Shown here one piece after another: positions 53,134-62,981 of a stretch of 64,000 nt of DNA (position 1 is the stretch's first letter; each line of letters begins with the position of its first letter). Under the pieces are notes generated by a model. The model saw only the letters and a program-made list of their open reading frames with translations, made no database searches and was not told the DNA's origin. The stretch is from assembly GCA_963764715.1 (NCBI GenBank), contig CAVXTP010000017.1:32001-96000 (forward strand). The letters are read 5' to 3'. The translations under genes were made by a program, and so were the position numbers. This DNA is from an uncultured Acidobacteriota bacterium. Its GTDB lineage: Bacteria > Acidobacteriota > Thermoanaerobaculia > UBA5066 > Gp7-AA6.

Positions 53134-54302
53134 AGAGCGCCTGGGCGGCGACCTCGCGGGCCGAAGCGGTCCGGGACGCGGCGCGCGGCTGGAAGGGCGC
53201 GGGAGCGATCGACGCCCCCGCCCTCGCCGCCATCCAGGCCGAGTATCCCGAGCCGCGGATCGCCCTCCACCGGGCGTGGCGGGTGCTCGTGTTCGTGCTC
53301 GTCTCGATCGCAACCGGCGCGGTCTTCGGCGTGTTCCACGGCAACGACGACATCCTCGCGCCCTGTCTCGTCTTCGGCGCGGCCCTCGCCGTGGCGACCG
53401 AGGTGCTCCGAGGCTCGCGCCTGTCGGGGACCGGGGCCGACGCCGCCACCGCGTCCTGGGCGACGGGATTCCTGCTCGCCGCGGCCGCCATCTTCCTGAC
53501 GGATCGCCTCCACTTCGAAAGCGACGACGCCGTCACCCTCGTCCTCGCGGCCGCGGTCCTCCTCGGTGCGCTGGCGGCGTGGCGCTGGGGATTCTGGTTC
53601 TTCGCCGCGGCGGCAATGGGGGCGTTCTTCTTTGCCGTCGCGCGGCAGCCCTTCGCGCGCAGCGCCTGGATCGTGCTCTCGATCCTCGCCATGGCCGCGA
53701 CCTACCGCCGCCTCGATCGCGCCGCGATCGCGCCGGCGCACCGGTCCGGGCTCGCCGCCGTTTTCGCGGCATCCGCGGCCGCCCTGTACGCCGCGACGAA
53801 CCTCTACTCCTTCGACATGCTGCTCGTGGAGCGCATCCGGCTCTCGCTGTCCGGCGGGGCCCGGCTGTCCGCTTCCGGGGCTTCGCCCGTCCGCATCGTC
53901 GCGATCCTCGCGACGGCGGCCTTCCCCGTCGTGTTCCTCGCCTGGGGAATCCGGGCCCGGCGCACGCTGCTTCTCGGGATCGGGATCGTCTCGGCCGCGC
54001 TCTCGGTCGCGACGTTCCGAAACGAGTTCCCGATAGGGCCGCGTTGGGCGTTTCTCACGGCGTGCGGCGCCGTCCTCGTCGGCGCGGCGCTCTGGATCCA
54101 CCGGCGGCTGCGCGAGGCACCCGGCCGGACCTGGCGCGGCCTCACGGCGGAGCCGCTGTATTCGGACGCCGAGCCCGGCATCTCGCCGCTCGGGGCCCTC
54201 GGCGCTCACTTCGCCGGGCCCGCGGCGCCCCACGAGCCGGAAAGCGGCCTCGCGACGGGCGGCGGGGAGTTCGGCGGCGGCGGTGCGTCGGGCCAGTACT
54301 AA
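53130..54302 (+). CDS. Membrane protein with GGGEFGGGGASG tail
   Basis: GTGA-coupled to the upstream gene; many TM helices. Confidence 0.7.
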   Translation: MKSAWAATSRAEAVRDAARGWKGAGAIDAPALAAIQAEYPEPRIALHRAWRVLVFVLVSIATGAVFGVFHGNDDILAPCLVFGAALAVATEVLRGSRLSGTGADAATASWATGFLLAAAAIFLTDRLHFESDDAVTLVLAAAVLLGALAAWRWGFWFFAAAAMGAFFFAVARQPFARSAWIVLSILAMAATYRRLDRAAIAPAHRSGLAAVFAASAAALYAATNLYSFDMLLVERIRLSLSGGARLSASGASPVRIVAILATAAFPVVFLAWGIRARRTLLLGIGIVSAALSVATFRNEFPIGPRWAFLTACGAVLVGAALWIHRRLREAPGRTWRGLTAEPLYSDAEPGISPLGALGAHFAGPAAPHEPESGLATGGGEFGGGGASGQY

Positions 54303-54304
54303 GG

Positions 54305-55822
54305 CTAGTTCCCCTTGAGGATGTCGATCGACCCGTTCGAGTCGGTCAGCGTCAGCGGACACTTGCCGTCGCCGATGCGCCCGTTGAGGCTCTCGCCCGA
54401 GACCGAGCCGGCCACGGTCAGCGGCAGCTCGGTCTTGATCTTGCCGAACGACGTCCTCGCCTCGACCGTGTAGCCCGCGCCTTCCGGCAGGCGGACCGTG
54501 ATCGGGCCGAACGAGGTCCGCAGGGAAACGGGCTGGCAGGCGCCGCCCTTGCCACCGGCGGCGCGCACCTCGATGCCGCCGTTGGAGTTGTCGACGTCGA
54601 TCTTGCCGTCGACGTCCTGGAGCCAGACCGAGCCGAACGAGGTCCGTACCTGCGCTCCGCCCCGAATCCCCTGCGCCTTGATGGCGCCGTTGGAGTTCTC
54701 GACCGTCAGGTCGCCCGTGACGCGGTTCGCCTCGGCCGGACCGAAGCTCGTCTTGAGGAAGGCGCCGCCCAGGACGTCCGTCGCCGACACGGGTGCGTTC
54801 TCGGCCACGATCCGGAGGCCCTTCTTCACGTTGGAGGCCGCGACCCGCGCGAAGGAGCCTCGCAGCTCGGCCGTTCCGGCCACGTCGTTGACCGAGATGG
54901 CCCCGTTCGAATTCGTCACGGACACGTCGCCGCCGAGGGCCGACATGACGACGCTCCCGAAGGACGAGCGCACGGTTGCCGGGCCCTTGATCGTGTCCGC
55001 GCTGACGGCGCCGTTGGAGTTCTCGACCTCGAGCGAGGACGACAGGTTGCGCGCCTCCACGCTGCCGAACGAGTTGGTGACCGACACCGGCCCCTTCGCG
55101 TCGTTGACGCTGACCGCGCCGTTGGAGCCCGAGATCGTCAGCTTTCCCAGGATCCGCGCGGCCGAGATCGGGCCGAAGCGGTTGCGGACCTGGGCGGCAC
55201 CCGCGACGTCGTTGACCCCGATGCTCCCGTTCGAGCCGCTGATCTCGACGTTGCCCGCGTTCGACGTCAGCTCGATCGCGCCGAAGGCGTTCTCGATCTT
55301 CTGGTCTCCGCGTCCGTTGCGGAAGAGAACCTTGCCATTGGCGTTGGTGATCGCGCCGGCGGCCTTCAGGCCTTCGACCGACACGTCGCCGAATTTGTTG
55401 CGCGCCGACAACGGCATCGTTTCCGGCAGGACGATCTCGAAGTCGACGGAGTAGGACACGAACCCGGAGCCCGAGAACCTCCACTTCTTCTCGGGGTACT
55501 TCGTTCTGACGACGATCGCCGCGGCCGTCTCCTCGACCGAGATCGCGATCCCGTCGCCGAACGCCTTCGCCTCGCCGCTCGCGGACGTCGAGACCGCGAC
55601 GTGCGCGCGGATCCGGACCTCGGGCAGCGCATGCGTCGTGATCCGCACCGCGCCCTGGCTGTGATCGATTTCGAAGCGCTGGCCGGGCTTGACGGCGAGC
55701 GTCTTCGAGAAGTCGCGCTCGTAGTCGTCGCGGGCCTCGCGGCTCGCGGCGGACAGCGCGGGGGCGAGCGCGGCGAAGGCCAGGAGGGCGGCCGCGGCCC
55801 ATCGGGAAGGACGAGCGTTCAT
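54305..55822 (-). CDS. DUF4097 (beta-strand repeat, adhesin-like) exported protein
   Basis: Signal peptide; alternating SNG/SFG repeats of about 22 aa. Confidence 0.82.
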   Translation of the reverse strand: MNARPSRWAAAALLAFAALAPALSAASREARDDYERDFSKTLAVKPGQRFEIDHSQGAVRITTHALPEVRIRAHVAVSTSASGEAKAFGDGIAISVEETAAAIVVRTKYPEKKWRFSGSGFVSYSVDFEIVLPETMPLSARNKFGDVSVEGLKAAGAITNANGKVLFRNGRGDQKIENAFGAIELTSNAGNVEISGSNGSIGVNDVAGAAQVRNRFGPISAARILGKLTISGSNGAVSVNDAKGPVSVTNSFGSVEARNLSSSLEVENSNGAVSADTIKGPATVRSSFGSVVMSALGGDVSVTNSNGAISVNDVAGTAELRGSFARVAASNVKKGLRIVAENAPVSATDVLGGAFLKTSFGPAEANRVTGDLTVENSNGAIKAQGIRGGAQVRTSFGSVWLQDVDGKIDVDNSNGGIEVRAAGGKGGACQPVSLRTSFGPITVRLPEGAGYTVEARTSFGKIKTELPLTVAGSVSGESLNGRIGDGKCPLTLTDSNGSIDILKGN

Positions 55823-56484
55823 GACTTGACCTCTTTCATCAGATCCTGCAGGGTGCGCTGCTTCTCGCGGTACGCGGCGAGCAGCTCCCGGCGCAGGTGG
55901 GTGTTGTAGCGGTTCTGTTCGATCGACGATTTCAGGTCCGCGATCGCGGAGTCGAGGACCGCGAGCTTCTCGCGGTAGTTCAGGGCGAGCGGGGAGCTCG
56001 CGGCCTGGAGCTTCGGCGCGGCCAGGCGGGACAGTTTCTCGATCGACTCGACGTAGCCCTTCTCGGCCGCTTCGACCTCGTCGGCGGCGGCGTCGGCGAG
56101 GATGGGATCGCGGGTCGTCTCCCAGCGGCTGGCGAGCGGGTCGCGCCCGCCGCTGTTGCGGAAGACCCACAGGCCCGCGGTCGCGATCGCGAAGAGAGCG
56201 ATGAGGGCGCCGGCCGGAAGGAGCCGGAGCCACGACGTCGACGGCACGGACTCGGATCCGGCCGGCTTCGCGGACTCCTCGGCCAGGCGCTGCCGGATCG
56301 AGGGCCAGAGCTCCGGGGAGGACCACCGGACCCGCAGGGACGGCGCGGCGGCCGAGAGGCGGCGCCATTCCGCGAGCTCGCCGGCGCAGGCGGCGCAATC
56401 CCGCGCGTGCTCTTCGACGGCTTCGAGGAGCCCCGGGGCGCCGCTTTCGAGCGCCCGTTCGAGATCGCGGCACGCGGCTTTCAC
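55819..56484 (-). CDS. Zinc-finger (HxxxCxxC) membrane anti-sigma factor
   Basis: HARDCAAC, one TM segment, coupled to the sigma gene. Confidence 0.8.
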   Translation of the reverse strand: MKAACRDLERALESGAPGLLEAVEEHARDCAACAGELAEWRRLSAAAPSLRVRWSSPELWPSIRQRLAEESAKPAGSESVPSTSWLRLLPAGALIALFAIATAGLWVFRNSGGRDPLASRWETTRDPILADAAADEVEAAEKGYVESIEKLSRLAAPKLQAASSPLALNYREKLAVLDSAIADLKSSIEQNRYNTHLRRELLAAYREKQRTLQDLMKEVKS

Positions 56485-57080
56485 GGGGCCTCCGGCGGGA
56501 GAAACGCGCCCGCGGCCGAAAGCGTCTTCTGCAGCCGCCGCTTGGCGCGAAACAGCAGGCCCCGGGAAGCCGCCTCGGGCACCTCGAGGATCTCGCCGGC
56601 TTCGCGATGCGAGAGGCCCTCGACCTCGCAGAGGAGAAACGCCGCCCGTTCGCGGGCGTCGAGGCGCGCGAGCGCCGCCTCGATCGCCAGTCGCAGCGCA
56701 GGATCCGTGTCGCGGACCGGCTCCTGCGCGATCGTCTCCGGCAGCGGGCCCTCCGCGCGGCGTCGGTTCTTGCGCATCAGGTCGTAGCAGGTGTTGACGA
56801 GGATGCGGTAGAGCCAGGTCGAGAGACTCGCGCCGCCGCGAAAGCCGGGCGCGGCCCGGTAGGCTTTGAGCATCGCCTCCTGGACCGCGTCTTCGGCGTC
56901 GGCGGCGTTGCCGAGAAGATTGGCTGCGATCGACTTCATCCGGTCTCCGTGCTCCGTGAAGAGCCATTCGAAGGCGGGCAGGCGGCCTGCTCGTAGACCC
57001 TCGAGAAGCTCCCCTTCGCCGGGCCGGACGTCGCTGCCTGACAGGACGAACTCCTTTGCCGTCTGTGCGATGCGAACGAT
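56481..57080 (-). CDS. ECF sigma-70 factor (start uncertain, possibly ATC at 57080)
   Basis: DAEDAVQE, LSTWLYRILVN, EGLSHREAGEIL; in-frame ELLEGLRAGRLPAFEWLF lies upstream of the ATG at 56939. Confidence 0.88.
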   Translation of the reverse strand: MVRIAQTAKEFVLSGSDVRPGEGELLEGLRAGRLPAFEWLFTEHGDRMKSIAANLLGNAADAEDAVQEAMLKAYRAAPGFRGGASLSTWLYRILVNTCYDLMRKNRRRAEGPLPETIAQEPVRDTDPALRLAIEAALARLDARERAAFLLCEVEGLSHREAGEILEVPEAASRGLLFRAKRRLQKTLSAAGAFLPPEAP

Positions 57081-57122
57081 ACACCTGCCTCCGGTCCGGT
57101 CGAAGGAACCATTCCCGGCTAC

Positions 57123-57151
57123 TTGGACGTCGGCCGGGGGCGTTTCGTTCG
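57123..57151 (-). promoter_or_regulatory. Possible ECF autoregulatory promoter GAAC-N17-CGTC
   Basis: Minus strand reads cgaac-gaaacgcccccggccga-cgtccaa upstream of the sigma gene. Confidence 0.35.
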
Positions 57152-57152
57152 T

Positions 57153-57254
57153 GGGGTCAGGTCTTCAAATTTCGGATTTCGCCGTGGGGATCGACCCTGG
57201 CCATCGAGACCGGCGGCCAGGTTGAAAAATCCGAAAAATGAAGACCTGACCCCC
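57153..57254. repeat. Family A element, longer variant
   Basis: ggggtcaggtcttcaaatttcggattt ... aaatccgaaaaatgaagacctgacccc. Confidence 0.85.
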
Positions 57255-57267
57255 GCTATAAGGGGCC

Positions 57268-57771
57268 ATGCGCCGGGTCGTTCTGCTCGCCGCCGTCATC
57301 GCGATTTCGGGTGCCGCGCAGGCGGCCGCCCAGCAGGTCGTCTTCGTCGTCCGTCACGCGGAGAAGATTTCGGACGAGGACGAGCGGTTGACGGAGGCCG
57401 GGCGCGCCCGGGCCGCGCGCCTGGCCGGGATGCTGCGGCGCTCGGGGATCACGGCGATCTACTCGACCGACACCGAGCGCACGCTCGGCACGGCGCGGCC
57501 GCTCGCCGACGCGCTCGGAATCAAAATCGCCATCTACGAAGCGAAGGCGATGAGCGGCCGCGTGGATTCCGCGGCCCTCGTCGAGCGGCTGCGCCGCGAG
57601 GCGCCCCGCGGCACGGTGCTCGTCGTCGGCCACAGCAACACGGTCCCGTCGCTTCTCGCGGCGCTCGGCTGCGGGGAGACCGTCTCGATCGGCAACGACG
57701 AGTACGACAACCTGTTCGTCGTCATCCCGAAGGAGACCGGAAGAGCGACCCTCGTGCGGCTGAGGTACTAG
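57268..57771 (+). CDS. Exported histidine phosphatase (PGM/SixA superfamily)
   Basis: VRHAEK, VVGHSNT; signal peptide. Confidence 0.88.
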   Translation: MRRVVLLAAVIAISGAAQAAAQQVVFVVRHAEKISDEDERLTEAGRARAARLAGMLRRSGITAIYSTDTERTLGTARPLADALGIKIAIYEAKAMSGRVDSAALVERLRREAPRGTVLVVGHSNTVPSLLAALGCGETVSIGNDEYDNLFVVIPKETGRATLVRLRY

Positions 57772-57785
57772 CGGCGGTTGCGCTT

Positions 57786-59978
57786 CTACTGAAGCGAGAA
57801 CGTCTTGACGATGAACACCGCCATCTGGCCACGGGTGCTGTTGGCCGAAGGACAGTAGAGCGGAGGGCTGGCGGAGCAACCGCCCGTCACGCCCTCGGCC
57901 GCGAGCTGTTCGATCCAGTCGGCGAACGGCGACGGACAGGCGACGTCGTCGAAGGTCCCGGCGCAGGGTGGAGGCGCGAATCCCGATCCGTGCTCGCCCT
58001 TCATGAGGAAGACGGCCATCTGGTCCCGTCGCACCGGATCTTGCGGGCAGAACTTCCCGCCGCCGCAGCCGCCCGTGATTCCCTCGGCGGCCATCTGCTC
58101 GATCCACGGCGCGAACGACGATGAACACGGCACGTCGGAGAACACGCCCTGGCAAGGCGGCGGCGCGTAGCAGAGCCCGTGCTCCGCCTTGAGGATGAAC
58201 ACCGCCATCTGCTGCCGCAGCGTCGGTTGATTGACACCGTACATGCCTCCTCCGACGCCGGCGGTGATTCCGTTGGACACGAGCGTCGTGACGAACGCGT
58301 AGAACTGCGTACCGGAGTCGACGTCGAGGAAGTTCGAGACCCAGCCCTTGACCAGCGTCCCGCTCGTGCCGTCCGTGTTCGTCACGACGAGATCGTTGAC
58401 GGTCCCGGCCGCCAGGATCGGACTCGTGGCGTTGATCTGACCTCCGTTGACGACGTTGACGCCCGTCGCCGCCTGGCCGCCGATCGTCACCGCCGCGCCC
58501 GCGGCGAAGTCCGTCCCGAAGATCGTGATCGGGATACCGACGGTGGGCGGACCCGACGGGGGCGAGACCGAGAACGGCAGGCGCTGCGAGAACTCGGAGG
58601 TCCGGCCGGTCGCGTGGTTGGTCGCCGTCATGCTGATTCGGGCGCCCGCCTCGGTCGCGACGGGGAGCGTGGTGTCGATCGACACCGTTCCCGCGCCGTC
58701 GGTCGTGACCTGGTCCGAGCCCAGGTAGGTCTTCCCCTCGTCGAAATCACGGGGGAAGTTCGAGCATGCCGGGTTCGAATAAAAATCGATGTCGTACATC
58801 GTCGAAGCCAGCGAGTGCAGCGCGGCCTGGACGTGCGTGGTCGCTCCCGTCGTGACCGACTTCAGGAGCGGGAAGTTCTGGATGCCGTCCACGTCGCCGG
58901 GGTCGTTCCTGGTGACCCCGTCGGACAGCATGTCGATGCCGAGGCCCGAGAAGCCGGGGTCTCCCCCGTTGCCATAGATGGAGTTGCCCCGGATCGTGCC
59001 GCCGCTGAAGACGCTTCCGATCACGCCGATGCGCGTCATACCCGTCACGATGTTGCCCTCGCCGGGATTGACGCCGCCGACGATGGCGTCGATGCCGGGA
59101 TCGATGCCGTAGGCGGTCGCGGGGGGAAACACGACGGTTCCGCTGGCGTCGACGCCGATCCGGTTGCCCTGGATTACCGTGCCGTCACACTGCGCCTGGA
59201 TCGCCGCCCCCCGAAAGCCGGCGATGACATTGCCGAGGACCGAGTTCGTGGCGGCGGCGGCCGAGCAGGACCCCAGGGTCACGCCGGTGCTCGTCGGAGC
59301 CTGCGTCAGCGCGACCGTGCCGGTCGAGTCCGTGCCCATCAGGTTGTTCTGGACGACGAATCCACTCGGGTTGCTCGAGTGCGCCGCGGAATACGCCGAG
59401 CCGATGACGTTGCGCTGCGCGAGCGCCGGGCCCCCGACGGTGCCCGAAATCATGTCGACGCCGACGTGGTTCCCCGAGGCCGTCAGCCCCGAGGCGTCGA
59501 TTCCGATGAAGCAGCCCTCGACATGCGCGGCCACCTCGTCGAAGCACACGACGGCCTCGTTGAATCCCCCGTTGATCACGAGACCCCGGACCGTTCCCCC
59601 GTTGATCCCGAAGATGATGCCGTCGGCATTCGGAATATTGGCTGCCGAGAGGACGATTTTCAGGACGGCGTTCGAGCCGAAGGTCGCCGTGTTCACGGAC
59701 GCGCCCGGCTGGGTGTACCCGTCGATCGTCGCGATGTCGTTGACACCGGGCAGCTGCGAGGTCGGCGCGATCGTGCACACGCCCGAGCCGTCGCAGCCGG
59801 CTCCGGTGACGTTGAACGCGACCGTGTCGGCGCCGGCGTTCGCGTTCGCGTCGAGGATCGCCTGCCGGAGCGAGCCGGCCCCTGCGTCGTTCGTGTTCGT
59901 GACGGTGAACGTGGCCGCGGAGAGTCTCGCGGCGACGATCACTCCCGCAGCGATGCACAGGCAGAGCGCGACTTTCAC
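57786..59978 (-). CDS. Surface protein: beta-helix + IPT/TIG + Cys-rich SLH repeats
   Basis: GAGGAGG RBS with GTG start; TFTVTNTNDAGAGSLRQAI, TSEFS, three 'R.QMAVF' SLH repeats. Confidence 0.85.
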   Translation of the reverse strand: MKVALCLCIAAGVIVAARLSAATFTVTNTNDAGAGSLRQAILDANANAGADTVAFNVTGAGCDGSGVCTIAPTSQLPGVNDIATIDGYTQPGASVNTATFGSNAVLKIVLSAANIPNADGIIFGINGGTVRGLVINGGFNEAVVCFDEVAAHVEGCFIGIDASGLTASGNHVGVDMISGTVGGPALAQRNVIGSAYSAAHSSNPSGFVVQNNLMGTDSTGTVALTQAPTSTGVTLGSCSAAAATNSVLGNVIAGFRGAAIQAQCDGTVIQGNRIGVDASGTVVFPPATAYGIDPGIDAIVGGVNPGEGNIVTGMTRIGVIGSVFSGGTIRGNSIYGNGGDPGFSGLGIDMLSDGVTRNDPGDVDGIQNFPLLKSVTTGATTHVQAALHSLASTMYDIDFYSNPACSNFPRDFDEGKTYLGSDQVTTDGAGTVSIDTTLPVATEAGARISMTATNHATGRTSEFSQRLPFSVSPPSGPPTVGIPITIFGTDFAAGAAVTIGGQAATGVNVVNGGQINATSPILAAGTVNDLVVTNTDGTSGTLVKGWVSNFLDVDSGTQFYAFVTTLVSNGITAGVGGGMYGVNQPTLRQQMAVFILKAEHGLCYAPPPCQGVFSDVPCSSSFAPWIEQMAAEGITGGCGGGKFCPQDPVRRDQMAVFLMKGEHGSGFAPPPCAGTFDDVACPSPFADWIEQLAAEGVTGGCSASPPLYCPSANSTRGQMAVFIVKTFSLQ

Positions 59979-60004
59979 GAAACCTCCTCGTGTCGTTGGA
60001 ACTC

Positions 60005-62164
60005 TCAAAACGACAGACCGAACGTCTTGACCATGAACACGGCCATCTGGCCGCGGGTGTTGTTGTTGCCCGGGCAGTAGTTGCCTCCCCCGCAGCCTCC
60101 GGTGATGTTCTCGGCCGCGAGGCGCTCGATCCAGTCCGCGAAGGTCGACGGGCAGGGAACGTCGCCGAAGACCCCCACGCAGGCCGGCGGCACGTAGCTC
60201 GATCCGTGCTCTCCCTTGAGGAGGAACACCGCCATCTGGTCGCGCCGCACCGGGTTCTGCGGGCAGAACTTCCCGCCGCCGCAGCCGCCGGTGATCCCTT
60301 CGGCGGACATGGCCTCGATCCACGCCGCGAAACTGGACGGGCAGGGCACGTCGGAGAACGTGCCCGCACACGGCGGCGGCGTGTAGCACAGCCCGTGCTT
60401 GGCCTTCAGCAGGAAGACCGCTATCTGCTGGCGCAGCGTCGGGTTGTCGACGCCATAAAGCCCGCCGCCGATGCCGACCGTGATCGCGTTCGAGACGAGG
60501 CCGGTGACGTAGAAGTAGAACTGGTTGCCGGAATCCACGTCGAGGAAGTTCGAGACCCAGCCCTTCACGAGGGTCCCCGACGTTCCATTGGTGTTCGTGA
60601 CGACGAGGTCGTTGACGGAACCGGGCGTCAACGCCGGAGTCCCGCCGGTGATCTGGTTGAAGCCGTTGACCGAGATGTCCGTCGCCGGCTGGCCGCCGAC
60701 CGTCACCGTCGCGCCGGCCTCGAAATCGGTGCCGGCGATCGTCATCCCGTTTCCGGCCGCGGCGGGGCCGGCGGCCGGCGTCACCGAGAAGGGCAGGCGC
60801 TGCGAGAACTCCGAGGTCCTTCCGCCGGGCGTCGTCGCCGTGACCGAGATCCGCGCGCCCGCCGCCGTCGCCACGGGCAGCGAGACGTCGAAGGACCCGA
60901 CGCCCGCGCCGTCCGTCGTGACCTGGCTCGAGCCGAGATACGTCTCCCCTTCGAGGAACTCCCGCGGGAAGTTCGAGCACGCCGCGTTCGAGTAGAAGTC
61001 GAGGTCGAACACCGTGGACGGCGTCGAGTGCAGCAGGCCCTGAACGTGCGTCGGGTTGCCGGTCGTCACCGACTTCAGGACCGGAAAGTTCTGGATGCCG
61101 TCCGCCTCGGCCAGATCGTTCGGCGTTGCCCCGTCGTTGCCCACGTCGATCCCGAGGCCCGCGTTGTCGTGGATGGAGTTGCCGCGGATCGTCACGCCGT
61201 CCACGACGTTCACGAAGATTCCGTTCCCGGAGCTGTACGCGATGATGTTGCCCTGGCCGGTCCCGATCCCCCCGATGGTGACATCGTCGTTCATCACGGT
61301 GATCGCGCCCGGCCCCGTGCCGAGCGGCAGAGTTCCCGTCACGTCCGTGCCGAGCTTGTTGCCCTGGATCACGGTTCCGAGCCCCGCGCCGTCGATCAGG
61401 CTGAATTCGGCGGCGGCCATGACGTTGTCGCGGATCGTGACGCTCGGCGACGCACCGGCGACGGCGGTGCCGGGACCGATGGCCGAGGTTCCCGCCGCGT
61501 CGGTTCCGAAGAGGTTGTTCCGCACCAGCAGGCCGGGCTGCCCTTCACACTCGATGTGATAGATCGTCGCGGCGGCGAAGAGATTCCGATCGGCCGGGTT
61601 CGGGCCGCCGACGACCGTCCCGGACCCCACCACGTCGACGACCGAGACGGCGGTCGGATCGGCCGTGTGCCCGTCCGGCGCGACACCGAAGAAGCAGCCC
61701 GTGATGTGGGTGTCCGTTCCGCCCAGGATGTCGATGGCCGGATGCCAGTCCTTCCGGAAGACGAGGCCCCGCACGGTCGCCGGGCCCGTCACCGTGAAAC
61801 AGAGCTGGTTCGAGAGGTTGACCGCCGAGAGGACGATCTTCAGGACCGCGTTCGTGCCCTGCGCGAGCGTGTTGACCGAGGCCCCCGGCTGGGTGTAGCC
61901 GTCGATCGTGACGGGGTCGGTGACGTTGACCAAAGGATTGAGCGGCGCGATCGTGCAGACGCCGCTGCCGTCGCAGCCCGAATCGGACCCCGGAATGTTG
62001 AACGCGATCGTGTCGGCGCCGGCGTTGTTGTCGGCGTCGATGATCGCCTGCCGGAACGAGCCCGCGCCCGAGTCGTTGGTGTTGGTCACCGTGAACGTCG
62101 CCGCCGAGAGATTCGAGATCAGGAGAACGCCCGAGGCGAGGCCGACGCCGAGTCGATGTCTCAT
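60005..62164 (-). CDS. Surface protein paralog (beta-helix + IPT + SLH)
   Basis: GGAGG RBS, MRHRLGVG signal peptide; same architecture as 57786-59978. Confidence 0.85.
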   Translation of the reverse strand: MRHRLGVGLASGVLLISNLSAATFTVTNTNDSGAGSFRQAIIDADNNAGADTIAFNIPGSDSGCDGSGVCTIAPLNPLVNVTDPVTIDGYTQPGASVNTLAQGTNAVLKIVLSAVNLSNQLCFTVTGPATVRGLVFRKDWHPAIDILGGTDTHITGCFFGVAPDGHTADPTAVSVVDVVGSGTVVGGPNPADRNLFAAATIYHIECEGQPGLLVRNNLFGTDAAGTSAIGPGTAVAGASPSVTIRDNVMAAAEFSLIDGAGLGTVIQGNKLGTDVTGTLPLGTGPGAITVMNDDVTIGGIGTGQGNIIAYSSGNGIFVNVVDGVTIRGNSIHDNAGLGIDVGNDGATPNDLAEADGIQNFPVLKSVTTGNPTHVQGLLHSTPSTVFDLDFYSNAACSNFPREFLEGETYLGSSQVTTDGAGVGSFDVSLPVATAAGARISVTATTPGGRTSEFSQRLPFSVTPAAGPAAAGNGMTIAGTDFEAGATVTVGGQPATDISVNGFNQITGGTPALTPGSVNDLVVTNTNGTSGTLVKGWVSNFLDVDSGNQFYFYVTGLVSNAITVGIGGGLYGVDNPTLRQQIAVFLLKAKHGLCYTPPPCAGTFSDVPCPSSFAAWIEAMSAEGITGGCGGGKFCPQNPVRRDQMAVFLLKGEHGSSYVPPACVGVFGDVPCPSTFADWIERLAAENITGGCGGGNYCPGNNNTRGQMAVFMVKTFGLSF

Positions 62165-62280
62165 GGGACCTCCGTCGTGCGGGGATCGGCGGCAATCTAG
62201 GGGCCGGAGGCGGCTCCGGAAATAGCATGGCCATGCGGTCCGGCCGCGAGCACGATCGGTGCGATTCCGGGGACGGGCGC

Positions 62281-62946
62281 CTACTCGATCAAGCCGCGCC
62301 GCAGCCCGCGGCTCACGGCCTCGGACTTCGAGTGCACGTGGAGCTTGTCGTAGACGCTCCGCACGTGGTCCCGGACCGTGTTGATCGACACGCCCAGCCG
62401 ATCCGCGCAGGTCTGGTAGCTGTGCCCCTCCGCCAGCAGACGCAGGAGACTTCGCTCCTGGGCCGTCAGGGGCGACTCTCCCGGAGGCCGCGCCGGCGAA
62501 CGCTGGAAGTGCTCGACCATCCGGCGGGCGATCTCGGGCGACAGCGGGGAGCCGCCGCTCCATGCCTGGCGCACCGCTTCCGCGATCTGCGCCGGGGGCG
62601 TCTTCTTGAGGAGGTACCCGCAGGCGCCGTTGCGGATCGACGCGAAGACCTGCTCCTCTTCCTCGTACACCGTCAGCATCAGGACCCGCGTTTCGGGGAA
62701 ACGATCGCGGATGACCGCGACGCCCTCGACGCCGGACATGCCCGGGAGATGGATGTCGAGAAGGAGCACGTCGCAGGGAGCCGCGTCGAGCCTCGCGACG
62801 GCCTCTTCGACGGACGGAAAGGCGCCGACGCAGGCGAGCCCCGGCGAGCGGTCGAGGATCGCGCCGAGACCCTCGCGGATCAGGCGCTTGTCCTCGACGA
62901 GGGCCACGCGGATCCGGCTCGGAGGCGGCGTCGGCATCGAACGCAT
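62281..62946 (-). CDS. NarL/LuxR-family response regulator
   Basis: VED, LLDIHLPGMSG, GYLLK, HTH ...VYDKLHVHS. Confidence 0.93.
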   Translation of the reverse strand: MRSMPTPPPSRIRVALVEDKRLIREGLGAILDRSPGLACVGAFPSVEEAVARLDAAPCDVLLLDIHLPGMSGVEGVAVIRDRFPETRVLMLTVYEEEEQVFASIRNGACGYLLKKTPPAQIAEAVRQAWSGGSPLSPEIARRMVEHFQRSPARPPGESPLTAQERSLLRLLAEGHSYQTCADRLGVSINTVRDHVRSVYDKLHVHSKSEAVSRGLRRGLIE

Positions 62947-62981
62947 CCTCCGGCGCTACGCGGCCGGCCGCAACCGCATCC

